From: Chiloscyllium plagiosum
Lineage: Eukaryota
NCBI RefSeq assembly: GCF_004010195.1
Contig: NC_057720.1
Span: 6,686,491-6,750,490 of the forward strand
Length of the DNA: 64,000 nucleotides
Reading direction: 5' to 3'
Shown: positions 1 to 12,615 of the stretch, in pieces
Position numbering within the stretch: the stretch's first letter is position 1
How the letters are laid out: each line of letters starts with the position of its first letter
The notes under the pieces: model-generated
Told to the model about the DNA's origin: nothing
Seen by the model: the letters and a program-made list of their open reading frames with translations, nothing else
Database searches by the model: none
Translations under genes and position numbers: made by a program

Positions 1-629
1 TGGCAGGATGTCATGACTGGCCCAAATGGTCAATTTGTAGATCTGTACGCTCACCTGCACTTTCTCATGAAAGTTGTTCAGTCCAACATAAACCTTTGTC
101 CTTTTTGTCAACTGCACAATTCAGGAGAAAGCCCTAAAAAGGTCTTGTGGAAAGTGTAGTTTAATCGTGATAGATGTTTCTTTCTGCAATGTGTCCTTCC
201 AAGAGTGTAAATCTACTATCTATGCTTTCTAACTTCTTCTTAGCCTGAGCATTTTATAAAACATTACAGACTTTAAGCATTAACCTTGACCTATTAAGTA
301 AACATAAACCTTGTTCGGCAGGCTGACATCCCGTAACATTTTATTTTCTGAGACTTATATTTAATATGGAAATGTACAGTCGTTCCAAACCAGATAATGA
401 GGCATGTGGTTAATGGAAACATTCATTCGTTCTGGCACAGGGTCACCGTGATGATGGAAGTGCTGATTTACAGGAACATTTCAGGGTGCGGCAGCTTCTT
501 CATAGATAAGGATTCGCACAAGTTTTCAAACAGTGCTTCCAATTAATAATGAAATACATAGAACAAAGAGGACTTTCCCACAGTGTGCCTCATGACCTCG
601 GAATGCTCTCTAGCACTTCATGGCCAATG

Positions 630-1128
630 ACATCATAGACTCACAGAAAGAGGCCATTCAGCCCATCATGCCTGCAATAGGTCTTCAAATAAGCATCATT
701 AACTACCACTAATCTCCTGCCTTTTCCCCGTATCCTTGAAGAATGTTCCCATCTAAGTAACCGTCCAATACCCTCCTGAATGCTTCAGTCCAACTTGTCG
801 CCACTACATTTCCAGGCAGTGTATTCCACACTCACCACTCGCTGTGTGAAAAGGGTTTTTCTTCACTTCAACCTTGTTTCTTTTGCACGTCACATTATAT
901 CTATCCCATCTCATTCTTGCCCCTTTTACAATCGGTTATGGCTTCTCCCTGTAAATGGCCAAGATTTTGACAACCTCTATCAAATCTCCTCTCAACCTTA
1001 TTCTCTCCAAGGGGAACAGTTCCACCTTCCTCAATCTATCGTCATCACTAAAGTTTCTTATTCCAGAAACTATTCTTGTGAATCCTTTCTGCACTCTCTC
1101 CATTGTGTTCACACCTTTCTTATAAAAT
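630..1128 (-). mobile_element. CR1-clade LINE 3' fragment
   Basis: Minus-strand frame ERVQKGFTRIVSG...LERIRLRGDLIEVVKIL is the CR1 ORF2 C-terminal motif, followed by a CR1-type tail. Confidence 0.85.
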
Positions 1129-1193
1129 ATAGGAGCAGGATCAGTCCATCCACAACCGCACGCAATATTCCAGCTGAAAAGGTTTGCTCGCGG

Positions 1194-1625
1194 GACTGTC
1201 TGTGTGGAATTTGCACGTTCTCCCCGTGTCTGCGTGGGTTTCCTCCAGGTGCTCCAGTTTCCTCCCACAGCCCTAAGATGTGCAGGTTAGGTAATAGAGT
1301 CATAGAGTCTTACAGATGTCCAGAGCAGAAACAGGCCCTTCGGTTCAACTTGTCCATTCCAACCAGATATCCTAACCTAATCGAGTCTCATTTGCTAGCA
1401 CTTGGCCCATATCCCTCTAAACCTTTTCTATTCATGTACCCATCCAGATGCCTGATAAATTGCCTATGGTATCGAGGGCGGGCAGGCTCGGTGCAGTAGC
1501 CATGGGAAATGTAGGGCTACAGGGATAGGGTAGGGATATGGCTCTGGGTGGGATGCTCTTCGGAGGCTTGGTGTGAACTTGATGGGCTGAATGGCCTGTT
1601 TTTGCACTTTAGGGATCCTATGACT
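1194..1625 (+). mobile_element. V-domain (HE1-like) SINE, 5'-truncated, interrupted by a minus-strand CR1 tail (~1295-1452)
   Basis: ctgtgtggaatttgcacgttctccccgtgtctgcgtgggtttcctcc core shared with >10 other copies in the window. Confidence 0.8.
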
Positions 1626-1823
1626 ATATGAAATTTCTGACTCAGAGGAGCAAGTGTGACCGGCCTGAACTACCCAAAGTTGCCTGGGTCGATCCACAGT
1701 CATCAATCCTTCTTGTTGCATTAGTCTAACTACTAATACCATGAAGGGAAAGATGGCCACACAATATCTATGGCAGAAGTGGAACTTGATGAATAGTAAA
1801 TAGGTTTATTATGTACTCTGTAG

Positions 1824-1889
1824 TAGTCTTTCGCCCCTATACCAAGGTCGGACGACCGATTTGCACGTCAGGACCGCTAAGGACCTCCA
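1824..1889 (-). rRNA. 28S rRNA fragment (66 nt, non-functional copy)
   Basis: Reverse complement TGGAGGTCCTTAGCGGTCCTGACGTGCAAATCGGTCGTCCGACCTTGGTATAGGGGCGAAAGACTA matches the conserved vertebrate LSU segment from recall (about 2 differences); no flanking rDNA. Confidence 0.85.
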
Positions 1890-2277
1890 TGTACCCAATG
1901 GAGTTTAAAAGGCTGAGGGGGAGTCTGATCGAAACTTACAGAATACTGAGATTCCTGGACAGAGTGTACATGGAGATGTTTAACAAGTCTAAGAGCTATG
2001 AGCCAAGGGTACAGCCTCAGAATGAAGAGAAGACCCTTTAGAAGTGAGATGAGGAGGAATTTCTTCAGCCAGAGGATTGTTAATTTGTGGAACTCATTGC
2101 CACAGAAGGCTGTGGGGGCCAAGTCACTGAGTGTATTTGAAACAGAGATAGATAGATTCTTGATCACAGGGAGAAAGCAGGAGAATGTGGATAAGAAACA
2201 CATCAGCCATGATCAAATGACAGAGCAGACTTATTGGGTTGAATTGTCTAATTCTGCTCCTATATTTTATGTCTTAT
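1890..2277 (+). mobile_element. CR1-clade LINE 3' fragment
   Basis: KRLRGSLIETYRIL and RRNFFSQRIVNLWNSLPQKAV motifs, then tail. Confidence 0.9.
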
Positions 2278-2953
2278 AGATACTTACAATTACATCTGAG
2301 ATACATAATGGTCTCATTTGAAACATCGAGTTCAACTTAAATTAAGCTGACATCGCAGCTACTCACACCTTCTCAAATGGTTTTAGTAACGCACAAAGAA
2401 CTGATTATGGTAAGTTACCCCAGAGACCAGTACTTAATAGAGCATTTCAAATGAAGCCACTTTTCTGAAGCGTTCAGTTGAGCACTGTCTTCACTGAGAT
2501 CTCTGACTTTGAGTTCTGTTGACGAATCAGTGTTCTCTATGGATGCCAACAAAGCTAATCCCATTTCCAGGCCCTGAATATACCTGGGCCTTAAACCAAC
2601 ATAAATAAACATTCCACCCAGAGTAATATCGAGTGAGATGCTGGAAATTGGAGAGAAAAGCAGAAAATATGGCTTTGGAATTATCTCCAAGAATAGAAGA
2701 TGGAGTAAATGAGAGGACTTCTGTATGGTGTCAGGGACCTCACCTGCTCCATCGAAAACCATAAAGGGACCCAGATTATCTCTCTTCAGTGACGCCTGCT
2801 AAACAGGAGGGCAATCAGGCAGCATCTAGGCCATCAGCAAGTCCTCTCAAAGCCCCATCTCCGAAGGTAATCCCTGCTGTCCTGTCCATGTGACCCTTAT
2901 AATGTAGACGCACAAGCGTATTTAGGGGAGACAATGGTCTCATGATATTGCCC

Positions 2954-3048
2954 TTCCTGATGGAGGGCTCTGGCCTGAAACGTCAATTCTCCTGCTCCTT
3001 AGATGCTACCTGACCTGTTGTGCTTTTCCAGCACCCCCACACTTTCAA
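2954..3048 (+). mobile_element. Short hammerhead-bearing repeat, family A (decayed)
   Basis: cctgatggagggctctggcctgaaacgtcaattctcctgctcc...gcttttccagcacc matches other family A copies. Confidence 0.75.
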
Positions 3049-3459
3049 CAATAAATACTGACCTGACCAGTGATAATCTTAACCCGTGCATGAATTTAAA
3101 AAAATGTACAAACATTACCACCAAACTTAGAGATAATCAGAGATGAGTAGCTCTTGTACTCACCATTAAAGAGGCCATGGTTGCTATCATTTAGACACCC
3201 CTCCCAGTTGGGTGACAAAGTCCGAAGGACACAGGCTACATGAAAGTAATGTGTGGCAGAGAGGTGTGGGGTGAACCAGGTCACAGGGTGAAGAACACAG
3301 GGATTTGAAAGCAAAACCAAAGCAGTCCCACCTTGCGATAAGGCACTAAATATCTTCAACCAAGGGACCCCCAAAGCAAGCTGACACACTGCACAGGTTT
3401 ACCCATCGTACACACTAAATGGCAAAGTCCACCTGCTATGTTAGTCCTTGTGGGAGTGA

Positions 3460-4085
3460 ATTGCTGAATCCCCCACTACCAATACCCTAGGAATTACCAT
3501 TGGCAGAATCTGAACTGGACCAGTAACATATAACTGTGGCCACAGGAGCAGGGCAGAAGTAATCAGTCAGTAATTCACCCCTTCAGTTTCCCCACATGCC
3601 TGTCTAACATCTGAGAGCAGGTGTCAACATGGAATGTTTTCCATTTGCCTGGCTCAGTATAGCTCCAACGACACTCACAAAACTTGGAACCATCCAGAAC
3701 AAAGCAGCCACTTAAATGGTACCACATCAACTGCTTCACTCTCTTGATTAGCAGTGCATGCCATTTATAAGATGCCCTGCAATAACTCAAACAAGGCTCC
3801 TCTGACAGCACTTTCCAAACCACTTCAAACCAGAAGGTCAAGGGCAGAAGATACATGGGAACACTACCATCTGCAGTGACCCCTCCCAGCCACACAGCAT
3901 TGTGACTTGGGATTACATTACAGTACCCCGAGTGCTGCCGAGCCAAAATCCTGAAACAGCGCTGTGGGTATCCCTACATCCCATGAACTGCAGCAGTTCA
4001 AAAATAAAGCTTACTACTACCCTCTCAAGGGCCATTAGACATGGACAATAAATGTAGGCCCAGCCACCCCATGAATGAATTAATT
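3460..4085 (+). mobile_element. Second LINE family (CR1/L2 group) 3' fragment
   Basis: Homologous to the RT-bearing copy at 41060-42093 in the opposite orientation; ends in a (tgaa)n tail. Confidence 0.7.
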
Positions 4086-4309
4086 CATTAAAAAAGCATT
4101 TCCTGCTTTTTTAGAAAATGAAAACTTAATTTTCTTGCAAGAAAGACTTTAAATCTCTTAGTCTTTTCAGAGCACAACTAGCAGGAAGCTGTCATATAGT
4201 GAACAGGCCTTGACTGGTACAACATTTCTAATGGCCAGCATAAAGTTATCATAAAATTCCCATTGGGTTCAAATAGGGAAGGAAGCCTGCTGTTCTTACT
4301 ACTTACTTT

Positions 4310-5190
4310 ATATCCATTCAGAGGGATATGGCATCGCTAGCTGGACCAGCATTTATGGCCCATCCTTAGTTGCACTGGAAAAGATAATGATGAGCTTCTT
4401 TCTTGATCATCTTGCAGTCCATGTGCTGTAGGTAGACCCACAATGCCCTTGGGGAGGGATTTCCAGGATTCTGACTCAGGACCGATGAGATATTTCCAAG
4501 TCAGGATGGTAAGAGGTTTGGAGAGGAACTTGCAGGTGATGTTGTTCTCATGTGTTGGCTGCGTTTGTTCTTCTAGATAAGACCATAGGAGCAGAAATTA
4601 TGCCATTTGTCCCATCAAGTCTGCTCCACCATTCAGTCATGACTGATAAGTTTTCCAACCCCATTTTCCTGTTTTCTCCCTGTAACCCTTGATCCCCTTG
4701 ACAATCAAGAACCTATCCATCTCTGTCTTAAATATACTCAATGACCTTGCCTTCACAGCCCTCTGTGGCAATGAATCCCATAGATTCACCACTCTCTGAC
4801 TGAAGAAGTTTCTCCTTATCTCCTTTCTAAAAGGTCTTCCCTTTACTCTATGGCTCTACCCTCAGAGCTTAGTCTCTCTTACCAATGGAAACATCTTCCC
4901 AACATCCACTCTGTCCAGGCCGTTCAGTATTCTGTAGGTTTCAGTCAGATCCTCCCTCATACTTCTAAACTCCATCAAGTGAGGTTCCAGAGTCCTCAAA
5001 TGTTCCTCATTTTGTTAAGCATTTCATTCCTGGGATCATTCTCGTGAACCTCCTCTGAACACACTCCAGGGCCAGTACATCCTTCCTGATGAAAGTGCTT
5101 GTGGGTTTGGAAGGTGCTGTCTGAGGATTTTTGATGAATTTCTACAGTGCGTCTTGTGGATTGTACACACTGCTGCTACTGAGTGTCATG
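4310..5190 (-). mobile_element. Second LINE family 3' fragment with a CR1 tail inserted (~4578-5088, minus)
   Basis: ccagcatttatggcccatcc...tttccaagtcaggatgg shared with the 41060 copy; internal aagaagtttctccttatctc is CR1 antisense. Confidence 0.7.
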
Positions 5191-5464
5191 AACTATTACA
5201 AAACAATCCTGGCCCGAGGGCTGTGATGAGGAGAAGAAATTGTTACTTTCACTTCTACTTATAGATATTGGAACCAAAGCATTTCTGCCAAATGTCTTCA
5301 CTAATGATAAAGTGATACTATACAGCAATTAATTTTTTTCAAGTTTGTGACCAATACATTCAAGACATAAGCTACATCCATACTCTGTTTCCTATTGCCA
5401 ATCCAACCTGTTGTCCAAATTTATCAGTTGAGCATTAACTGAAGAATCCCAACAGTAAGGAATG

Positions 5465-5720
5465 GTTCAGCCCACTGAGTCTGGACCAATCCTCCAAAAA
5501 GCATCCCACCTACCCGATACCTGTAACGACCATGACTACTCCATCAAGCCTGTACATTCATGGGCAATTTAGCATGGCCAATTCACCGAATCTGCACATC
5601 TTTGGACTGTGGGAGGAAACTGGAACACCCGGAGGAAACCCACTCAGACACGGGGAGAATGTGCAAACTCCACCCAGACAGTCGCCCGAGGCTGGAATCG
5701 AACCCAGGTCCCTGGCGCCG
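5465..5720 (-). mobile_element. V-domain (HE1-like) SINE
   Basis: gggcaatttagcatggccaattcacc...ggaatcgaacccaggtccctggcg. Confidence 0.85.
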
Positions 5721-5779
5721 TATGCCTCTATACTGCTGTTCTTCTGTGATACAAGAGCTCTGATACGCCTTCCTGAATA

Positions 5780-5970
5780 GCGATGTAGAAATGTTGGTGT
5801 TGGACTGGGGTGGACAAAGTTAAAAATCACGCAACACCAAGTTATACTCCACAAACTTTCCGAGCACTGCTCCTTCGTCAAGTAGCTATCTGATGAAGGA
5901 GTGGCGCTCCAAAAGCTAGTACTTCCAAATAAACCTGTTGGACTATAACCTGGTGTTGTGTGATTTTTAA
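5780..5970. mobile_element. Family B short element, head-to-head inverted pair
   Basis: Inverted halves around ctgatgaaggagtggcgctcc; flanked by cttcctgaata on both sides (5769-5779, 5971-5981). Confidence 0.8.
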
Positions 5971-6185
5971 CTTCCTGAATATTGGAGTGCAAAGTATAAG
6001 TGGTTTTTGCCAACACTAACAGAAATACTCCTTATTTAGAATCATCATAAAATCTCTACAATGTGGAAGCAGGCCATTTGGCCCATCAAGTCCACACTGC
6101 CCCTCTGAAAAGCTTCCCACCCCACTATGTTATCCCTGTAACCTTGCATTTCCCATGGCTAATCCACCTGGCCTGCTCATCCCCA

Positions 6186-7245
6186 GAACACATAGAACAT
6201 AGAACATTACAGTATAAGCCTTTCAGCCCTGATGTCATGCCATCCTTTTGTCCTACTCTGAGATCAAACTAACCTACATACCCTTCATTTTACTAGCATC
6301 CATGTGCCTATCCAAAAGTTGCTTAAATTTCTCTAACATATCTGATTCTACGACCACTGCTGGCATCGTATTCTAAGTACCCAAACTCTGCATAAAGGAT
6401 CTAGCTCTGACATCACCCCTAAACCTTCCTCCAATCACCTTGAAATTATGCCCCCTCATGATAGCCATTTCCAACCTGGGAAAAGGTCTCTGGCTATCCA
6501 CTCTGTCTGTGCCTCTCATCATCTATCAAGTCAGCTCACATCCTTCTTCACTCCAATGAGGAGAGCCCTACCTCCCTCAACCTTTCTTCATAAGACATAC
6601 CCTCCAGTCCAGGCAATATCCTGGTAAATCTCCACTGCACCCTCTCTAAAGCTTCCACATCCCTCCAATAATGAGGTAAACAAAACTGATCACAATATTC
6701 CAAGTGTGGCCCAACCAGAACTTCATAGAACTACAGCATAAGCTTGCGGCTCTTAAACTCAGTCCTCCTGTTAATGAAAGCTAACTAACTTTATGCCTTC
6801 TTAACAACCCAATCAACTTGGGTGGCAACTTTGAGGAATTTATGGACATGGACCCCAAGATCCGACTGTTCCTCCATATTGCCAAGAATCCTGCCTTTAA
6901 CTCTGTAATCTGCATTCAAATTTAACCTTCCAAAATGAATCACTTCACACTTTTCCAGGTTGAGCTCCATCTGCCACTTCTTAGCCCAGCTCTGCATCCT
7001 GTCAATGTCATGTTGCAACCTACAACAGCCCTCCACACTATTCACAACTCTATCAACCTTCGTGTCATAGCAAACGTACTAACCCGCCCTTCCATTTCCT
7101 CATCCAAATCATTTATAAAAATCACAAAGAGCAAAGATTCCAGAACACATTCCCCGAGCACCACTGGTCACCTAGCTCCAGGCTGAATACCTTCCATCTA
7201 CTACCACCCTCTGTCTTCTATGAGCCAGCCAATTCTTATCCAGAC
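6186..7245 (-). mobile_element. CR1-clade LINE ORF2 (RT C-terminal half) and tail
   Basis: RLQHDIDRMQSWAKKWQMELNLEKCEVIHFG...DLGVHVH; (atagaac) tail. Confidence 0.9.
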
Positions 7246-7309
7246 TTCCTTGTATCCTTCAAAGTCGAAAGTGTGGTGCTGGAAAAACGCAACAGGTTAG
7301 GAATCTTCA

Positions 7310-7495
7310 TACCCCTGAACTCTATGGGCAATTTAACATGGCCAATCCAATTAACCTGCACATCTTTGGACTGTGGGAGGAAACAGAGCACCCTGAGGAA
7401 ACCCGACAGACATAGGGACAACATGCAAACACCACAGTGATGGTTTTCTGAGAGTGGAATTGAACCCGAGTCCCAGGTGCTGTGAGGCAGCATTT
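7310..7495 (-). mobile_element. V-domain SINE fragment
   Basis: gggcaatttaacatggccaatcc...ggaattgaacccgagtcc. Confidence 0.8.
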
Positions 7496-7742
7496 ATAGC
7501 CCTGAGCTGGTTATTAGGCTGGTTATGGTTTCCTTTCATTAGCCCATTTTGTCTCTCATAATACTTTTAGTTTAATTAGATGAGCCAGTTGTATCATAGA
7601 CACACCCTAGCATTAATCAAACTATCATGCCAGTAGTCTGTTGTTCAGATTCCTGTCAGCCAGCTCATGCATTCTGTCTGGGAAAGAAGGGTAAATGTTT
7701 GTATTTTATTGCAATTTTCACTATCTCTACATGCACTTCACA

Positions 7743-7890
7743 GGGAGAAATTGAGGACTGCAGATGCTGGAGATCAAAGTCAAGAGTGTGTTCATCAGGA
7801 ATCCTGATAAAGGGCTTCTGCCCCGAAACGTCGATCCTTCTGCTCCTCGAATGCTGCTTGACCTGCTGTGCTTTTACAGCACCACCCTCT
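7743..7890. mobile_element. Family A short element (inverted structure) inside an old Deu-like SINE remnant
   Basis: ttcatcaggaatcctgataaagggcttctgccccgaaacgtcgat: palindromic junction plus hammerhead-like core. Confidence 0.75.
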
Positions 7891-8189
7891 GGACCCGAAG
7901 CACTCCACAGCCAATTAAACACTTCTGTAGTGTAATCACTGCTGAGTGAGAGAAATAGTGTCCAACTCCCACAAGAAAAAAACAGCAATGTGATGGCAAC
8001 ACTTCCTTTTACGTTGTGCCTTTAACTTACTGAAACATACCAGGTCACTTGGCAGAAACTCTGTAAACCCCAAAATAAACCAAGATCGATAAACCAAGAA
8101 GATCTTAAGCTGGCTGAATAAAAGTTTGGTCAAAGAAGTAGGCTTGAAGAAGCATATTCAAGGAGAAAAGTGAGATGGAGAGGCGGATA

Positions 8190-8448
8190 GTCATAGAGTC
8201 GTAGAGCAGTACAGAACAACTCGTCCACGCAGATATCCAACATTAATTTTGTCTCACTTGCCAACACTTGGCCCATATCCCTCCAAACTCTTCTATTCAT
8301 ACACCCATCCAAATGCCTTTTAAATGCTGTAATTGTACCAGCCTCCACCACCTCCTCTGGCAGCTCATTCCATACACGCACCACTCTCTGCGTGAAAAAA
8401 TGTCCCTATTAAATCTTTCTCCTCTCACCTTAAACCTATGCCCTCTAT
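8190..8448 (-). mobile_element. CR1 3' tail
   Basis: VRVWNELPEEVVEAGTITAFKRHLDG. Confidence 0.9.
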
Positions 8449-8456
8449 GTCCAATA

Positions 8457-8612
8457 CATGTTCACTTGACTCAGTTGACTGTACACTTGTCTCTGAGTTT
8501 GAAGCTTCAGAGATTAGCTCCCCTCCTGTTTATGTTGATATCTCAGCCACTCACACATGGATTGCCACATTGTTATAATGGCATCCTACAGGTAAGCTCC
8601 AAAACCCCATGG
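8457..8612 (+). repeat. ~150-bp segment duplicated at 44432-44580
   Basis: atgttcacttgactca...gagtttgaagcttcagagattagc...gatatctcagccactcaca...caggtaa present at both sites. Confidence 0.85.
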
Positions 8613-8624
8613 TTATTTTAAAAA

Positions 8625-8845
8625 AAATAAAACAACTGCAGATGCTGGAAATCAGAAACAAAAACAGAAATTGCTGGAAAAGCTCAGCAGGTCTGGCAGC
8701 ATTTGTGGAGAGAAATCGGAGTTAACATTTTGGTCAAGTGACCCTTCCTCAGAACTCACTCTGTCACTCAACCTGAAATTTAAACACCAATTTCTCATCA
8801 CAGATGCTGCCAGACCTGCTGAGCTTCTCTAGCCATTTCTGTTAC
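8625..8845. mobile_element. Family D short element, inverted pair
   Basis: gctggaaaagctcagcaggtctggcagc and its reverse complement; minus-strand GAGTT-CTGAGGA-A-GGGTCACTTGACC...TT-AACTC. Confidence 0.75.
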
Positions 8846-8911
8846 TGTGCACAAATTTAAAAGTTTTAGGCCGGGAGCAGGGGTAGTGATGAAGATGATT
8901 TATGCCTGTGA

Positions 8912-8940
8912 TAGGGTTAGGGTTAGGGTTAGAGGGTTAG
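8912..8940 (+). repeat. Short (TTAGGG)n-like tract
   Basis: tagggttagggttagggttagagggttag. Confidence 0.6.
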
Positions 8941-9159
8941 CAAGTGGTATTGATCAGAAGCTCAGTGTCTCTGTGGGAAGATGGGAGGGGTGGCGGTGGA
9001 AGCTGAGATGGAGAACGGTTTCAAAAAGGAATTGAATGGACACGCGAACAAAGTAAACTTGCTTAGCCTCTTCCAGTGCAGTAAATGACTTGATGACTTT
9101 GTGGCCGTTAGGGTGGAGTGATTCTGCATCATTTAGATATGTTGCAAGAAGACCCATAG

Positions 9160-9580
9160 TTAGGACCTTAAGATATGGGAGCAGAATCAGGCCATTCGGC
9201 CCATTGAGTCTGCTTCGCTATTCAATCATGGTTGATATGTTTCTCAGCCCATTTTCCTGCCCGCTCCCCTTAACCCTTGATCCCCTTACTCATCAAGAAC
9301 CTGTCAATCTCTGTCTTAAGTGCACTCAATGACTTGGCCTCCACAGCCCTCTGTAGCGATGGGTTCCACAGATTCCCCACCTGCTGGCTGAGAAAATTCC
9401 TCCTCATCTCAGTTCTAAAGGGTCGTCTCCTCACCCTGAGGCTGTGGCTTTATGTCCCAGTCTCCTCTACGAATGGAAACATTGTCTCCCCATCCACTCT
9501 GCCTCGGCCTCCTGGTAAGTAAGAAGGAGTACAGAAGTAAGTTTCAATCAGATACCCTCCCCAGCCCCTTCATTCTTCGG
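9160..9580 (-). mobile_element. CR1 3' tail
   Basis: Antisense of the RRNFFSQRVVNLWN motif; same subfamily tail as 13300-13590. Confidence 0.85.
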
Positions 9581-10484
9581 AGTAGGATATGGAGGTTGTG
9601 TTGATGGATCATGGCCGATGGAGCAGGAGCAAGTGCAGAGCATCAGTTACTGAGGAACACAGTGCACCTGGAAAATGTAGAGAAGGACTTTAAAGTTGTC
9701 CTTAAAGTGGGGACTTACACACCTATCACTATACTCATTTGAGTACACGTGACAATAAAGCTAATTCATTCATTCATTCAAGTACAGAATTGTCTGCATT
9801 ATTTCCCACTCTCTTCTGAGATAGCTCTTAGCACACTGACTGGATGGACGAATGAATGAATAAATCAAGGAAGGGAAAACACAATCATAAAAATAAATTA
9901 CATTCTCAAAAATATCCTAAGTGAGCAGCTTCGTGCTTTGTAAAAGTATTCAAGTTATTAAAATTAGCCATCAATGGTTAGCTATTTACACCAGAGTTTC
10001 TGACGGACGGAGGTGACCAATTGGTGGAAACACAGCAGGCTGCGAACCAAACTCTGAGAGTGTTAGCATTCCCATCAATTAAAACAGAATGTCACATTAA
10101 CAGGAACTGAGCATCAGGTTAGACAGTCGAATAAATTCAAACTTTAGTTGTTTAACTGAATTAGATTAGAATAAATATTCTAATGTTCAGACAAGCAGAA
10201 CAATAACAAAGCGATCACACACGACGGGAAGCAACAGCATGACAGACATGAAGATAATGAGCAGAATAGCATGAAGATGAAAAGTGTTACATTCACACAT
10301 TGTAGCACGCCAATCCCACCCTGTTTGAACTCAGTAACTATTGTCAGAAGATATGCCAAGATCTCAGTGCCAGCTTTCATACTGCAAGATGTGTTATATT
10401 GAAGGGTGCAAATCAACCTGGGGAGAAAATGTAAAACAGACAGTAATACATTTGACAGGCACGGTGTGAGTGGCAATCTCTTTT

Positions 10485-10815
10485 GTGTATTCACAGGATG
10501 TGGGTCTCACTGGCCAAGCCAGCATTTATTGCCATTCTGTAATTACCCAGAGGGTAGTTAAGAGCCAACCACGTTGCTGTGGGTCTGGAGTCAAACGTGA
10601 ACTGAACCATTTAAGGATGTCAGATTTCTTTCCCGAAAGGACATTAGTGAACCAGATGGTTTTTCCTGACAATAGACAATGGTTCCATGGTCATCATTAA
10701 CCTTGAAATCAAATTACACCATCTACAATGGCAGGATTCACAGCAAAGTCCCCAGAACAGTACCTGGGTGTCCGCATGAAGAACCTAGAGATAATACCAC
10801 AAGACCAATGCCTAG
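10485..10815 (-). mobile_element. tRNA-headed SINE sharing its 3' tail with the second LINE family
   Basis: Homologous to 16775-17105 and 57352-57690. Confidence 0.75.
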
Positions 10816-11002
10816 AAAAGGACAATTTGGAAACTGGATATATAAATGTATGTTTATAATATGAAATATTTGCTTGGTATTAGGAGACAGAGCAGGAAGT
10901 GGAACTGACTGAACAAATCTTCTGAATAGTCTCGACATGATTGACTGGATTATTTTCCAATCTGTCATAAGATGTGGACACCGCTGGTGTTGTATACAGT
11001 AT

Positions 11003-11317
11003 GAAAGGTTTTGGATGTAGGTTTGCTTGCTGAGTTGGAAAGTTCATTTCCAGACGTTTTGTTACCCTACTAAGTTAGCATCTTCAGTGGGCCTCAGGCG
11101 AAGCAATGCTGAAACTTCCTGCTTTCTATTGTATGCTTGGGTTTCTTTGGGTTGGTGATGTCATTTCCTGTGGTGATGTTATTTCCTGTGGTGAAGTCAC
11201 TTCCTGTTCCTTTTCTCAGGGATGGTAGATGGGGTCTAACTCAATGTGTTTGTTGATAGAGTTCCAGGTTGGAATGCCATGCTTCTAGGAATTCTCATGC
11301 ATGTCTTTGTTTGGCTT
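11003..11317 (-). mobile_element. Penelope-like element 3' end / pLTR (family E)
   Basis: Reverse complement of the 16200-16530 region; carries CCA-CTGAAGA...AAACGTC-TGG. Confidence 0.85.
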
Positions 11318-11659
11318 GAAAGGATCTGAAATGCCATAAATATCACTCTCATCTTGTATGAACTTGAGGGCAGTACAGCTTATGATCTTGGAGGAATGAG
11401 ACCTACTATCCGGCCCTCTTCAAAGTTTTCGTGTGAATGTTGTACTGATATCAGATCTGAACTCCATCTACTAATGGACAACTTTAACTTTTATTTACGA
11501 GGCGCATTGCTAGAAAAGCTGAATGGCCTGAAGGTCAAGGATAAATAACCTGGAGCAGATGAACTACACCCCAGAATTCTCAGGGAGATAGCTGAAGAGG
11601 TAGTGGAGGCGTTAGTGGAGATCTTTCAGGAATCACTAGAGTGAGGAAAGATACCAGAT

Positions 11660-11796
11660 TAGAGTGGTGCTGGAAAAGCACAGCAGGTAAGGCAGCATCC
11701 AAGGAGTAGGATAATCGACGTTTCGGGCAAAAGCCCTTCATCAGGAATAGAGCTAGACTCTGGTTTCCAGCATCTGCAGTCGTTGTTTTTACCTCC
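11660..11796 (-). mobile_element. Family A short element with 17-bp TSD
   Basis: gaggaaagataccagat (11643-11659) / gaggcaagataccagat (11797-11813). Confidence 0.85.
11713..11748 (-). ncRNA. Minimal type I hammerhead ribozyme motif (family A)
   Basis: CTGATGA-A-GGGC-TTTT-GCCC-GAAA-CG-TC-GATT on the minus strand; stem I imperfect in this copy. Confidence 0.7.
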
Positions 11797-12296
11797 GAGG
11801 CAAGATACCAGATGACTGGAAAATTGCTAACGTGACACCTCTGTTTAAAAAAGGAGGAAGGAAAAAGAAAATTGCAGACTGATTAGCCTATTAGCCTAAC
11901 CCCAGTCATGGGTAAGATATTGGAATCCATTGTGAAGGATGAGATTTCTGAATACTTGGAAGTGCATCGTAAAATGGGGCAAAGTCATTATGGTTTCATC
12001 AAGGGGAGGCCATGACAAATTTGTAAGAATTCTTTGAGGAAGTAATCAGTAAGTTAGATCAAGCAGAGCCAGTGGATGTTATCTACTTGGATTTCGAGAA
12101 GGCTTTTGACATAGTGCTGCACCAGAGGCTGCTGAGTAAGGGCCCATTGTGTTAGAGGCAAGGTTCTAACATAGATGGAAGCTTAGCTGCCTGGCAGAAA
12201 GCAGAGAGTGGGGATAAAAGGTCTTTCTCAGGATGGCTACCGGTGACAAGTGGTGTTTTGCAAGGCTCAGTGTTGGAATCATAACTTTTCACTTTT

Positions 12297-12615
12297 TTAG
12301 ATTAGACTACTTACAGTGTGGAAACACGCCCTTCGGCCCAACAAGTCCACACTGACCTGCTGAAACGCACCCACCCAGACCCATTTCCCTATGTTTACCC
12401 TTGCATCTAACACTACGGGCAATTTAGCATGGCCAATTCATCTAACCTGCACATTTTTTGGACTGTGGGAGGGAACCAGAGCACCCGGAGGAAACCCACA
12501 CAGACACGGGGAAAACATGCAAACGCCACACAGTCAATCACCTGAGGTGGGAATTGAACCCAGGTCTCTGGCACTGTGAGGCAGCAGTGCTAACCACTGT
12601 GCCACTGTGCCACCC
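12297..12615 (-). mobile_element. Full-length V-domain (HE1-like) SINE in CR1
   Basis: A/B-box head (tggcacagtgg...ggttcaattcc on minus), V core, (tctaa)n tail. Confidence 0.9.

Noticed and set aside
780..1499. 239-aa ORF
   Set aside because: Patchwork of CR1 antisense, SINE and CR1 tail
2415..2762. 115-aa minus-strand ORF as a host exon
   Set aside because: Splice phases conflict with neighbouring candidate exons and I recognise no homologue
8912..8940. Interstitial telomere or fusion site
   Set aside because: Only about 4 imperfect units and no inverted array
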